A stretch of DNA of 64,000 bases from Bdellovibrionota bacterium (lineage in GTDB: Bacteria > Bdellovibrionota_C > UBA2361 > JBIKUX01), in assembly GCA_044347345.1 (NCBI GenBank), contig JBIKUX010000003.1, positions 32,001 to 96,000 on the forward strand, given 5' to 3'. Both the position numbers and the translations under genes were made by a program. The notes below the pieces were generated by a model, which made no database searches, had not been told where the DNA came from, and saw nothing but the letters and a program-made list of their open reading frames with translations. Positions 40,492-50,569 of the stretch are shown one piece after another; position 1 is the first letter of the stretch; every line of letters starts with the position of its first letter.

Positions 40492-41499
40492 ATGATGTTG
40501 ATAAGAACATTTCGAGGGCAAGAGCTCGGAGGCGTTTTAGCTCAGGTTAAGGAAGAGTTAGGGGATGATGTTGAGATAATCTCAACTCGTCAAGTTGGTA
40601 AACACGAAGTTGAAGTGTCGGTTTCATTTTCGCAGACCTCATTAGAACGTAAAAAAGTTGATACTTTGACTCCAACTTTCCAGCAGGAATCTAAGCAGAG
40701 ATTAATTGACGGTGAATTAGGAAATATTCGAGAATTACGGGAAGCCTTAAATAAGCAAGGGTTACATCCACATTTTACGCAACAGCTTATTCAGATAGCA
40801 AGCCATACAAATTTAGAAAAAGGTAGAGGAACAGTAGACCGATTGGCGGGTGCGTGTCTCGAAAATTTCCTGCGGTTTGATTCCTCATTACCAAACTCTA
40901 AGCGAATAGTAGCTCTGGTAGGACCAACAGGTGTAGGAAAAACTACTACAGTAGCAAAGCTAGCAGCTAATATGCGAATGGTGTTTAATATCTCAGTTGC
41001 TCTTATCTCAGCTGACACATTTCGAGTAGGTGCAGCGGATCATCTATCTAACTATGCAAATCTATTAGGAATTCCATGTTTAGCTGTTGACCCACAGTTA
41101 CCTCTTTCTCAGGGATTATACCGCGGAGTGCGAGAGCTAGGAGCAATTGATCTTGTACTAGTAGATACATCAGGCTTTAGTCCAAGAGATACCGACCGTG
41201 TACGAGAAATGGGAAGGCAGCTAGGGCAACTCGAATGGTGTGAAAAGATACTATTACTTCCGGCTCCCAGTAACGATGTTGATCTCAGAGCATCGGCGCG
41301 GGCATTTTCACTTCTTAATTGTTCAAGGGTAATTATATCGAAGACAGATGAAACCGGATTTATGGGACCTGTAGCAAACACTGTAATAAGTTTAGGGCGT
41401 CCCTTAGCTTTTTTTAATACCGGTCAAAGAGTTCCTGAGGATATTGAGCCTGCTTGTGCAGCTCGATTGGGGTGGATGCTTACTCGCACGTTTCATTAA
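40492..41499 (+). CDS. flhF: SRP-family GTPase FlhF
   Basis: GPTGVGKTTT, DTFRVGA, DTSG, SKTDE, TGQRVPEDI. Confidence 0.92.
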   Translation: MMLIRTFRGQELGGVLAQVKEELGDDVEIISTRQVGKHEVEVSVSFSQTSLERKKVDTLTPTFQQESKQRLIDGELGNIRELREALNKQGLHPHFTQQLIQIASHTNLEKGRGTVDRLAGACLENFLRFDSSLPNSKRIVALVGPTGVGKTTTVAKLAANMRMVFNISVALISADTFRVGAADHLSNYANLLGIPCLAVDPQLPLSQGLYRGVRELGAIDLVLVDTSGFSPRDTDRVREMGRQLGQLEWCEKILLLPAPSNDVDLRASARAFSLLNCSRVIISKTDETGFMGPVANTVISLGRPLAFFNTGQRVPEDIEPACAARLGWMLTRTFH

Positions 41500-41529
41500 T
41501 TTTTTTACTATTTTAAAGGAGGATCTTAG

Positions 41530-42459
41530 ATGAGAGGGCAGGTATTTCATTTACCTAGTGACCAAGCAGAGACCCTTCGTGCCTTTCATCGGAGGAAGAT
41601 GGCTCAAAAGGAGCGTCAAAGTCGGTCGACCGAGCCAGTGCGAGTTATAAGTGTGACAAGTGGTAAGGGTGGAGTAGGTAAGACTTTTACCGTGGTTAAT
41701 TTAGCGGTGGCACTTGCTGAACTTGGCAATAGAGTCGTTATTTTTGATGGAGATCTGGGACTCGCAAATGTTGATGTTATGGTTGGAGTAAGTCCGGTCT
41801 GGACCATTGAGCATGTTTTACTAGGAGAACGAACACTCGACGAAGTGGTGGTAGAGGGGCCAAATGGAATTAGTATTATTCCAGGTGGAAGTGGTGTGGG
41901 TTGGCTTGCATCTCTCACTCCTTGGCAGAGGCAGTACTTAGTTGACGCTGTGCAAGAAAGCTCTCTGTGTCCTGATTATTTTTTGATAGATACACCGGCT
42001 GGTATTGGATCAGAGGTACTTTTTCTTAATGCCGCGTCAAACGAAATATTGTGTGTTGTATCACCTGAGATCACCTCACTTACTGATTCATATGCCTTGA
42101 TTAAGATTCTTTCCGCTGAATACGGTGAGCGAGAAGTAAACGTTATTATCAATGGTGTGATAGACCGCGGAAACGGTATCGAAACTGAGGCTCAAAAAGT
42201 GTTCCATAGGCTCTCTTCTTCCCTAGAACGATTCTTGCATGTGCGTATTTCTTACTGGGGATGCATACCGGCGGAAGAGTTGGTGAGGGATTCGCTTGAG
42301 AGTCAGCGAGCACTTGTTACCGCATTTCCGAGTTCGCCCGCAGCGAGAGCGGTAGTGCGACTTGCGGAGCGTATCAACAAAGATGCGCGTAGGTTAGCGG
42401 TTAAAGGTGGATTGCAGTTTTATTTCCAACGATTGTTGGAGGCAGGAGCCGGTGAGTGA
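41530..42459 (+). CDS. flhG: MinD-like ATPase FlhG/FleN
   Basis: DQAETLR, TSGKGGVGKT, DGDLGLANVD, IDTPAGIG. Confidence 0.92.
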   Translation: MRGQVFHLPSDQAETLRAFHRRKMAQKERQSRSTEPVRVISVTSGKGGVGKTFTVVNLAVALAELGNRVVIFDGDLGLANVDVMVGVSPVWTIEHVLLGERTLDEVVVEGPNGISIIPGGSGVGWLASLTPWQRQYLVDAVQESSLCPDYFLIDTPAGIGSEVLFLNAASNEILCVVSPEITSLTDSYALIKILSAEYGEREVNVIINGVIDRGNGIETEAQKVFHRLSSSLERFLHVRISYWGCIPAEELVRDSLESQRALVTAFPSSPAARAVVRLAERINKDARRLAVKGGLQFYFQRLLEAGAGE

Positions 42460-42686
42460 CGACGGAGCGTCAAAATCAGGCCTATCTTGGATTGTTCCGA
42501 AGGCTTATTGCTGGAGTATCGATTCTTGCCTTGGTGGTGGTCGTCCTAGGAGGGATGCTAGCTGGAGCCAGAGTCATTACTGTTGCTTACCGTAGTTTCC
42601 TGGTCATGACGGTTACTAAGATAGTGGGCGTATTGCTAATCAAGGTACTAATTAACTACGAGGAGATCGGGCGTGACAAAGACTAA
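42456..42686 (+). CDS. Small two-TM hypothetical protein coupled to flhG and fliA
   Basis: GTGA overlap with the flhG stop and overlap with the fliA start; two hydrophobic stretches. Confidence 0.55.
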   Translation: MTTERQNQAYLGLFRRLIAGVSILALVVVVLGGMLAGARVITVAYRSFLVMTVTKIVGVLLIKVLINYEEIGRDKD

Positions 42687-43422
42687 ACGTTCAGTAGTAG
42701 AAGCTTATCGTACGATCAATGAGCATGAAAAAGAGGATTTGATCCGTAGTTACTTACCCTTGGTAAAGAGGGTTGTGCATAGGCTTTCAGGGCGGTTGCC
42801 AAAAGATGTTGATATGAAGGAGATGCTCAATTCGGGGATTATCGGTTTGGTAGATGCTCTTGAGAAATATGATCCGAAACATGAAACCAAATTTTCCACC
42901 TATGCACAATTTCGCATTCGTGGCGCAATTCTGGACAGTTTTCGTTCGCAGGATTGGCTTCCTCGGTCTCTGAGGTATAAATCGCACAAGGTTGAGTCCG
43001 CCTATCATCGAATAGAACAGAAGCTTGGGCGTCCTGCAACAGATGAGGAGGTAGCTGAGGAATTGAGGGTGGACGTGGAGGAACTTCAGAGGTTACTAGC
43101 CGAAGTTGGCGGAGTGGTAATGCTCAGTTTTGAGGAGCTTGGGTTTGGTCACGGAGAGGAGCGTTTTGTTGCCGATGAGATGATTGCTAGCAAGACTCAA
43201 GACCCTTTGAATCGCCTTCTCGGGGGTGAACGAGTAGAGTTAATAGCAAGAGCTCTCGATAGGTTACCGGAAAAAGAAAGATTAGTGGTGAGCTTGTATT
43301 TTTATGAAGAGCTAAATTTAAAGGAAATTGGAGAAATTCTCGGAGTTACTGAGTCCCGCGCTTCGCAGATTCGTTCTCGTGCGCTCATCAGACTAAAGAA
43401 CTTCCTCAAAAATGCAAAGTAG
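42673..43422 (+). CDS. fliA: Flagellar sigma factor sigma28
   Basis: YLPLVKRVVHRL, KFSTYAQFRIRGAILD..R..DWLPRS, LYFYEELNLKEIG..LGVTESRASQI. Confidence 0.96.
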   Translation: MTKTKRSVVEAYRTINEHEKEDLIRSYLPLVKRVVHRLSGRLPKDVDMKEMLNSGIIGLVDALEKYDPKHETKFSTYAQFRIRGAILDSFRSQDWLPRSLRYKSHKVESAYHRIEQKLGRPATDEEVAEELRVDVEELQRLLAEVGGVVMLSFEELGFGHGEERFVADEMIASKTQDPLNRLLGGERVELIARALDRLPEKERLVVSLYFYEELNLKEIGEILGVTESRASQIRSRALIRLKNFLKNAK

Positions 43423-43452
43423 TAAAACAAAACTCAAACTAAACTCAAACTA

Positions 43453-43500
43453 GGGACATCCAATAATCATTGGGAAATAATAATTGAGACATCCATTATT
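43453..43500 (+). repeat. Two REP-like motifs (GACATCCA) at the left boundary of the RAYT unit
   Basis: GGGACATCCAATAAT (43453) and GAGACATCCATTATT (43486). Confidence 0.55.
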
Positions 43501-43636
43501 TTTCTCCTTTTCGTGATTCACCCAGTTTGTTCTGTTTATCTTACTTAATTGGTTTTCATATATCTCAAGTGACTTGGCTTTACTTAGTTTGGAAGTGCAG
43601 TTTTGTATAGGAATCTTTGGGAATTGGAATTAGTAG

Positions 43637-44005
43637 ATGGCAACTATTTTGGTAGTGGAAGACACCCTTCTAATCAGAAAACTAATTGCCACTCTGTTAG
43701 GTACTCAAGGACATACTGTTGTAGAAGCAGGAGATGGTGAAGAGGGATTAAAAGCACTCAGTTCGCCTGGAGCTGATCTGATCATTACGGACATATCTAT
43801 GCCGAACATGGACGGGAAACAGTTAATAATGGCTGTTAGGGAAAATCCAACAACTCAACATTTGCCGGTCGTTGTGTTGTCTGCCGATGAAGGTTCTGAG
43901 ACAAAGCGACAAATGCTAGATCTTGGAGCTGCGTTAGTAATACCTAAGACTGGTCTTCATCGCGAACTGGTGCGTTGTATTAACGACCTTTTGGTTGAAT
44001 ACTAA
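43637..44005 (+). CDS. Single-domain response regulator (CheY-like)
   Basis: ILVVED, DLIITDISMPNMDG, LPVVVLSA. Confidence 0.9.
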   Translation: MATILVVEDTLLIRKLIATLLGTQGHTVVEAGDGEEGLKALSSPGADLIITDISMPNMDGKQLIMAVRENPTTQHLPVVVLSADEGSETKRQMLDLGAALVIPKTGLHRELVRCINDLLVEY

Positions 44006-44170
44006 AAAAGTAGAAAACGAGCGAGTTAATAATAAACAAATTTAATAGATCCGATATTTTAACAAGTCTCTATCAAAACCTCTTCCTTCCTTATTACAAA
44101 ACTTCAATTAGTTTATTTATTCACTAAAGCTTGTTTTTATTAAGATATATCAGTTCATTAATTGTTTAAT

Positions 44171-45202
44171 TTATGTGACATCGCTAAAAAATAGCTTAGC
44201 CGCATAATGGCCTTGAAACCAAAGCTTGTTAGCTTTTTTTGCGGCGGACCTGAGCTGATTAGTAGTACCAATGGCTCGCCGAAAGTATTTAGCGAATTGT
44301 TCATTATTCTTCTCCCAAGCTGATATACTTATGTTTAGTTTGTCTAGAAGTGGCGTTATTTCTGGGGGTATGCGTCCTTTTTTCCCACGAACAAGAAATC
44401 TTCCCGTTTGATCAACTAAGGCAAGGTATTCTAATGTACTTACACTTTGATTTGTTGCGTCCTCTATCGTTATAAGGGTAGGGCTACCGTTGTTATCGTT
44501 TGGATCACTGTTATCGTTTGGATCACTGTTATATTTAGGATCACTGTGGCCAATTAAATTATAAATTCGTTCTTGAGCACTAGTATAGTCGCTATCTTCA
44601 ATTGAGATTGCGCACTGAGCTCGAATAGGGTTTAAGTCAATGTAAGCGGCGGTAGCAATTATACCAGCAACATCAAATATGCGTTTACAATGGAATCGAC
44701 CTTCCCAAAAACGTCCAGTACAGCCATCCTCTTTATTTGCTCTTCTGGCAATATATTCGTTAAGACGCCCATTAAACCAGCTTATACAACACAATCTCTT
44801 TCGATAAGTTTCCACCGCTGTCGGATTATTAATTATAGCCTGAACTTCAGGGTCAGATACGAGCAACGGTTTAGGATTTGTATTACTGAGAATTCTTTTT
44901 GGAGGGCATAGAGTTAGCCATCTAAGAGCTACCTCTTCTGAGCTCCAAGCCTTCGCTAAATCAGGTCGAATACGTACCTGAATGTGAAGATGATTGCTCA
45001 TAATGCTTCTAGCAATAGTCTCAACAGCAAAAATTTTTACCAAAAAAGCGAGCCTATTATAAATCCAGATTTTTCGATGTTGAAATGATTTAGCGCTGTA
45101 AGAGTCATAACCGCAAAGAAAAGCTCGTCGGACGCATCGTGAAGTGCACATGTATGTACTAACTTCATCTTGGGAAACTATATCACGTCGTGCTTGAGCC
45201 AT
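44171..45202 (-). mobile_element. REP-associated tyrosine transposase (RAYT-like, HUH/Y1 family)
   Basis: SRCVRRAFLCG, HUH motif IMSNHLHI, ANKEDGCTGRFWEGRF, catalytic-Tyr motif YIDLNPIRA; probable ATG at 45202. Confidence 0.88.
44491..44546. repeat. 18-bp in-frame tandem repeat inside the transposase
   Basis: TGTTATCGTTTGGATCAC x2 plus a variant copy, encoding SDPKYN-SDPNDN-SDPNDN. Confidence 0.9.
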
Positions 45203-45287
45203 AAGTAAAGATAATTTTAAAGATCTACTTTTTAGTGTCACTGATTGAGGGTAATCGATAGAGGGAATAAAAAGTTGCGAAAATTTG

Positions 45288-45324
45288 TTGGGTGTCCTAG
45301 ATGATTTATCTTAAATGGGTGTCT
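45288..45324 (-). repeat. Two REP-like motifs (TGGGTGTC) at the right boundary of the RAYT unit
   Basis: TTGGGTGTCC (45288) and AATGGGTGTCT (45314), inverted relative to the 43453/43486 copies. Confidence 0.6.
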
Positions 45325-45345
45325 AAGAAAGAATAAGAAAGAAAA

Positions 45346-46224
45346 ATGAATAGACCAAGACCGATAGACTTGCCACTTAGTCTCCCAGGATTTTTTAATT
45401 TTTTTAGTTCATGGGCTATGCAGATTGATAATGAGTGGGTAGTGGTTGACCCCGGATGTAGTGCTACCATTTCTCGCTTAAAGGAAGAATTACAGGCGAA
45501 AGGGTGCAGTCAAATTGATCACTTATTACTAACTCACATTCATTTAGACCATGCAGGTGGCACCGGATTACTCGTAGAGGAGTTTGGTGTAAGCGAAGTA
45601 GTATGTCATGAAAAAGCCATTCCTCATCTAGCTAATCCATCTGATCTTTGGGCGGGTTCCGTCAAAACATTGGGAGATTTAGCGGAAATTCAGGGTGAGC
45701 CTAAGCCTGTGCCCTCTACAATTCTAAAGTCTAACATATCTCATGTGGGAGGGGTGCCACTTACAATTTTTCCATCTCCTGGACATGCTCCTCATCACAT
45801 CTCATTCTTATTTTCTAACATGTTATTTGTAGGAGAAGCACTAGGAGTTATTATTCCAGAGTACGCGCCTAATTATTTGCGACCTGCTACTCCTCATAGA
45901 TTTATTCTGGAGCCATATTTAAACTCGATTGAGCGACTTAGAGCTGTACCTTGTGAATGGCTATGTTTTGGCCATTTCGGAGCCATAAGGCGAAGCGCAG
46001 AGATATTTGATAGAGCTTATAATCAAATTAATTTATGGATTAAGTTAGTGGCAGATTTTTATCATCCACCGAAGGTATCTTTAAAAGAATTTATATATAT
46101 TCTTACTAAAAACGATCCTATGTTTGCTCCCTATTTAACTTTACCTGAATCGCTGCAAATGAGAGAGCAACGTTTTGTCGAGAATTCTATAAATGGTATT
46201 TTAAATTTTATAAGGACTGACTAA
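45346..46224 (+). CDS. MBL-fold metallo-hydrolase
   Basis: VDPG, THIHLDHAGG, SPGHAPHH, FGHFG. Confidence 0.9.
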   Translation: MNRPRPIDLPLSLPGFFNFFSSWAMQIDNEWVVVDPGCSATISRLKEELQAKGCSQIDHLLLTHIHLDHAGGTGLLVEEFGVSEVVCHEKAIPHLANPSDLWAGSVKTLGDLAEIQGEPKPVPSTILKSNISHVGGVPLTIFPSPGHAPHHISFLFSNMLFVGEALGVIIPEYAPNYLRPATPHRFILEPYLNSIERLRAVPCEWLCFGHFGAIRRSAEIFDRAYNQINLWIKLVADFYHPPKVSLKEFIYILTKNDPMFAPYLTLPESLQMREQRFVENSINGILNFIRTD

Positions 46225-46367
46225 GTTAGGTTACTTCTCTTGCTTTATTTATAATGGCTGTAACCCTACACTTTGTATCATTGCTATGTGTAGCCTAAAT
46301 TGAGTTGGGCTGCTCTTATCATATTAGATTAAAGTTAAAAAATGTTATTTTATTGGCAGAAAGTATA

Positions 46368-47846
46368 ATGAAAGTCATCGTTATCGGTGGGGGATTTTCA
46401 GGCTTGGCTGCTGCGTGTCACTTAGCGCACAGCGGTTGTAACGTTACAGTTCTCGAGCGTCACGCTGAATGTGGCGGGCGCGCTCGCGTATTGAGTTCGG
46501 GCGGATTTTCTTTTGATATGGGACCTAGTTGGTATTGGATGCCCGATATTTTCGAAGATTTTTTCGGAACTTTTGGGAAGAAAGTTTCTGATTATTATAC
46601 TTTAGTAAGGCTTGATCCGAGTTATCAAATAATTACTAAGGTAGGAGATATTATTGATATACCGGCTTATTTGGAGGCCTTTTTATCATGGGCTGAATCT
46701 CGTCAAGAAGGCGTAAGTAATCGTTTAAAAAGTTTCTTTGATGAAGGAAAATTTAAGTACTTTAGGGGTATGTATGAGTACACTCGTCGCCCATGTAATT
46801 CCCTTTTTGAATTTCTGGATGCTACTTTAATAAAGGAGTCATTAAGGCTTCAGATGTTTCGCTCAATGCGTTCTCATATTAACACTTTTGTTAGCGATCC
46901 AATTCTTAGAGAAGTCTTAGAGTTCCCAGTTCTTTTTTTGGGGGCACCCGCATATCGTACTCCTGCTATGTATAGTCTCATGAATTACGCAGACGTAGTT
47001 CTAGGTACGTGGTATCCCATTGGTGGCATGGGAGTGGTTGTTAAATCCATAGTATCTCTTGCATTAGAGCTTGGAGTAAAAATAGAAAATTCATGTGAGG
47101 TAAAAAAAATTATAGTCAATAAAGCAGGAACAGCGACGGAGGTTCGTTGCTCTGACGATAAGGCATTTTATCCGGATAAAATTATTTGTGCTGCTGACTA
47201 TCATCACTGTGAGACTACTTTTCTCGAGTCTGAATGGCAAAGTTATTCTCCTAAATATTGGAGAAGAAGAGTGATGGCTCCTAGTTGTGTGCTTTTTTAT
47301 TTAGGGTGCTCAAATAAAATAAAAGGGATAAGGCATCATACACTAGTCTTTGATCAAGACTTAGACGAGCATAGCCGCTTAATCTATGATCAACCAGAGT
47401 GGCCAGCAAAGCCGTTATTTTATGTATGTACACCATCCGTTACAGATTCTTTAGTAGCTCCAAAAGACAGTGAAAATATTTTTATTTTAGTACCTGTAGC
47501 TACAGCTTTAGCTGAGAGTGATTCTGATGAAAAGCGTGAATATTATCGGAATTACACTATTTCAAAACTTGAAAATTACTTTCACCAATCAATAAAAGAT
47601 AGTATTGTATTTGAAAGAAGCTATGCCCATCGTGATTTTATAGCTGATTATGGGGCTTTATCCGGAAATGCTTACGGATTAGCCAATACGCTCCTTCAAA
47701 CAGCTTCATTGAAACCTAAAATTCGTAGTAAGCGAGTTAAAAATCTCTTTTATTGCGGTCAATTAACAGTACCTGGGCCGGGAGTTCCACCTAGTTTAAT
47801 TTCGGGAGCCGTAGTAGCAAAGGAAGTAATAAAGTCTATTTCTTGA
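46368..47846 (+). CDS. crtI: Phytoene desaturase (CrtI family)
   Basis: IGGGFSGL, GGRAR...FDMGPSWYWMPD, WYPIGGM, GQLTVPGPGVPPSLISG. Confidence 0.88.
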   Translation: MKVIVIGGGFSGLAAACHLAHSGCNVTVLERHAECGGRARVLSSGGFSFDMGPSWYWMPDIFEDFFGTFGKKVSDYYTLVRLDPSYQIITKVGDIIDIPAYLEAFLSWAESRQEGVSNRLKSFFDEGKFKYFRGMYEYTRRPCNSLFEFLDATLIKESLRLQMFRSMRSHINTFVSDPILREVLEFPVLFLGAPAYRTPAMYSLMNYADVVLGTWYPIGGMGVVVKSIVSLALELGVKIENSCEVKKIIVNKAGTATEVRCSDDKAFYPDKIICAADYHHCETTFLESEWQSYSPKYWRRRVMAPSCVLFYLGCSNKIKGIRHHTLVFDQDLDEHSRLIYDQPEWPAKPLFYVCTPSVTDSLVAPKDSENIFILVPVATALAESDSDEKREYYRNYTISKLENYFHQSIKDSIVFERSYAHRDFIADYGALSGNAYGLANTLLQTASLKPKIRSKRVKNLFYCGQLTVPGPGVPPSLISGAVVAKEVIKSIS

Positions 47847-48006
47847 GTTAAGCACGGATGGAATTAGCACAGGAACATCCTTATTAGCCAATTACCCCCA
47901 ATTACAGGATTTGTTCGTGTGGCAATTCAGCAAACTGTCGATGGAACTTCCTTGAATAAGTCATGTAGATTTCGATTCCATAGATTGTTCCAATAATATC
48001 GAAAGA

Positions 48007-48218
48007 TCTAATGTGAGACACCCATATTTTCACTTTTCCTGATTCTAATGTGGGACACCCATATTTTCACTTTTCATTAGTTAGGTTTCCCCATCCCCCA
48101 GGTAAACGTCGCTCACGCTCAGAATTAATACGGGGGTCTCAGGCTAATATCTTGAATATGGGTGTCTCAGTCTATTTTTGAATATGGGTGTCTCAGTCTA
48201 ATGGGGTCTCAGGCTAAT
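48007..48218. repeat. REP-like array: two direct 32-bp copies facing inverted copies
   Basis: TCTAATGTG(A/G)GACACCCATATTTTCACTTTTC at 48007 and 48044; TTGAATATGGGTGTCTCAGTCTA at 48152 and 48178; GGGGTCTCAGGCTAAT at about 48133 and 48203. Confidence 0.85.
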
Positions 48219-48227
48219 TTTCTGAGT

Positions 48228-49112
48228 CTAATTTGTAATACCAATCATTTTTCGCAGTATACCTAAATCAATAGCGGCTTCATCAATAGATCTCATTCGT
48301 GGAGTTTCCAAAATAATAGAGCAATGAGATAATTTAGGATGGTTTACTACTTTTTTGAGAGTGTCATAACCAATAAGACCTTCACCTAAATTTTCATGTC
48401 GATCTATGTTGCTCCCCAGTTTGGTTTTACTGTCATTTAAGTGAATAACTTCTATTCTGCTGAGAGAAGTTTCAGCCGCAAATGAATCTACAATTTTATC
48501 CAGATCGTCGGCGAGGTTATGGCCACTTGCCCACAGATGTTGGGTATCAAGAGCAAAGCCTATACGTGTAGGTCTATCTACCAATCTATCTATTTGAGCT
48601 AATTGAGAGAATTTTGAGCCAACTATTTTACCACTTCCTGCTGAAACCTCGAATAAAAGTTTTGCCTCACCAGAAGCACTATCAATAATTCTCCTTACAA
48701 GACTTGCTATTCGCTCAAAAGCTATTACCTCATCTGGTTCATCTTTCATACTTCCCAAGTGGAAAATGACGCCTGAGGCTTCACATCTGTGTGCAAATTC
48801 CAGATCATTAACCAGTGATCGAACGGCAAAGTTTTGCTTACGTTCGTCAGGTGAAGCTAAATTAATCAGATAAATACCGTGAAAATATAGATGTGAGATC
48901 TGAGTAAGTTTTTTGTTATTTAAATATTCTTTTTCAATACCTGATGAATAAGGTTCAATATTCCATCTTTGCGGTGCTGAGGGATGTACTTGAATTGCGG
49001 TGACACCTAAGGCTACTCCACGTTCAAGGGCTAAGCTAAGACCACCAGCACACGAAACATGTCCTCCATATGGGCGAACAACCGATGGATGATTAACGAT
49101 AGGACTTTTCAT
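48228..49112 (-). CDS. nfo: Endonuclease IV (AP endonuclease)
   Basis: GGHVSCAGG, HGIYLINLAS, FHLGS, DTQHLWASG, IHLNDSK..LGSNIDRHENLGEG, ILETP. Confidence 0.93.
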   Translation of the reverse strand: MKSPIVNHPSVVRPYGGHVSCAGGLSLALERGVALGVTAIQVHPSAPQRWNIEPYSSGIEKEYLNNKKLTQISHLYFHGIYLINLASPDERKQNFAVRSLVNDLEFAHRCEASGVIFHLGSMKDEPDEVIAFERIASLVRRIIDSASGEAKLLFEVSAGSGKIVGSKFSQLAQIDRLVDRPTRIGFALDTQHLWASGHNLADDLDKIVDSFAAETSLSRIEVIHLNDSKTKLGSNIDRHENLGEGLIGYDTLKKVVNHPKLSHCSIILETPRMRSIDEAAIDLGILRKMIGITN

Positions 49113-50533
49113 GGTAATTGTTCAAGTATTTCAACTACAGAGTTATAATCAGCGGCGATGGTTTTTGGAGTCTTACTGAGGTTTATACATTCAGCAAGTG
49201 CGCTAGGTAGCGTCACGTGATGGCTTAAAGCTCTCTCGACAATGTCACCGAATTTAGCTGGATGAGCTGTGTGAAGAATTATAGTCGAAATACACGGATT
49301 GTCGCTAAGTAATTTCTCTGCAGCAAAGAAACCTACTGCTCCATGTGGATCAAGAATGTATCTATGTGAGCGATATACTTTTCTCATTGTCTCTAAAGTT
49401 TCTTCATCAGTTGCTGTGTTACCTAAAAGAAGCGGAGCATTTGAACCAGAGGAAAGAATGTTTTGTAATGCTATAACACGTGAAAAGTTATTTGGATTAC
49501 CAACATCCATAGCATTTGATACAGTAGAAATACTAGAAAGTGGGTTAAATTTTCCTGATTCAATAAAGCGAGGCAGTGAGTCATTTATATTACAAGCGCC
49601 TAAAAAAATATCTACAGGGAGTCCCATAGTGCAAGCAATTAATCCAGCTGTTAAGTTACCCAAATTACCACTGGGCACAATAAAACATACTCGAGGTACC
49701 TCTTCTGAACCGCCATTTCTTATTTGTCTCTGCTTACGAAGGAACTGTGCATATGCCCAAAAAAAGTATACTGCTTGAGGAAGAAGTCTTCCAAAGTTGA
49801 TAGAATTTGCGCTGGTAAGAGGAATTTTCTCTCTTAAACCATTATCTGTTAGGCATCTCTTAACTAATGCTTGACAATCGTCAAAAGTTCCCTCTACTTC
49901 GATAGTATGAATATTTTTGGAGAATGATGTAATTTGAGCTTGTTGTATAGCACTGATCTTACCTTTTGGGAAAAAAATTACTACACGTGTTCCGGGCACA
50001 CCAAAGAATCCACTACCGACTGCACCACCTGTATCCCCAGATGTAGCTACAATTACAGTAATAGGTTTAGTGTTTTGACTTGGATTATACTGAGCAGAAT
50101 TACCCTCAAAATAGGCTAATAATCGCGCAAGTACTCTTGCGCCAACATCCTTGAAAGCAAGAGTTGGTCCATGAAAGAGCTCAAGCACAGATACGCGCTC
50201 TGATAAGGTGACAAGTGGAATAGGAAAATTGAGAGCGTCCTGTAAAATACCCCGCAATTTTTCTCTGGGAATCTCCGTACCTATAAATGGAGCCATTACT
50301 TCTTCAGCAATCATACTAATAGATAGGCTCGGAAGAGCACTAAAAAAGTTAGATGATAACTTTGGTATCTGGGTGGGCATGTAGAGTGCGCCATTGTGCT
50401 CCATACCCTGCAAGAGCACATCACGAAAAGAAAGCAAAGAGGATTCTGCAACAAAGCTTATGTCAGAGTGAGCTTCGCACGAGCGACCTAGTGACAGATT
50501 TGAATGACGATTAGAAAGTTGATAAAAGTTCAT
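49109..50533 (-). CDS. thrC: Threonine synthase
   Basis: ELFHGPTLAFKDVG, ATSGDTG, SANSINFGRL, VPSGNLGN, SNAMDVG, TAHPAKF. Confidence 0.96.
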   Translation of the reverse strand: MNFYQLSNRHSNLSLGRSCEAHSDISFVAESSLLSFRDVLLQGMEHNGALYMPTQIPKLSSNFFSALPSLSISMIAEEVMAPFIGTEIPREKLRGILQDALNFPIPLVTLSERVSVLELFHGPTLAFKDVGARVLARLLAYFEGNSAQYNPSQNTKPITVIVATSGDTGGAVGSGFFGVPGTRVVIFFPKGKISAIQQAQITSFSKNIHTIEVEGTFDDCQALVKRCLTDNGLREKIPLTSANSINFGRLLPQAVYFFWAYAQFLRKQRQIRNGGSEEVPRVCFIVPSGNLGNLTAGLIACTMGLPVDIFLGACNINDSLPRFIESGKFNPLSSISTVSNAMDVGNPNNFSRVIALQNILSSGSNAPLLLGNTATDEETLETMRKVYRSHRYILDPHGAVGFFAAEKLLSDNPCISTIILHTAHPAKFGDIVERALSHHVTLPSALAECINLSKTPKTIAADYNSVVEILEQLP

Positions 50534-50569
50534 AACTGTTACTGCACAAATTTTTAGGTAAATAAATTC

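Noticed and set aside
48007-48218. Possible mini-CRISPR (32-bp direct repeats)
   Set aside because: Only 5 bp separate the two copies and the remaining copies are inverted; fits REP-like repeats better
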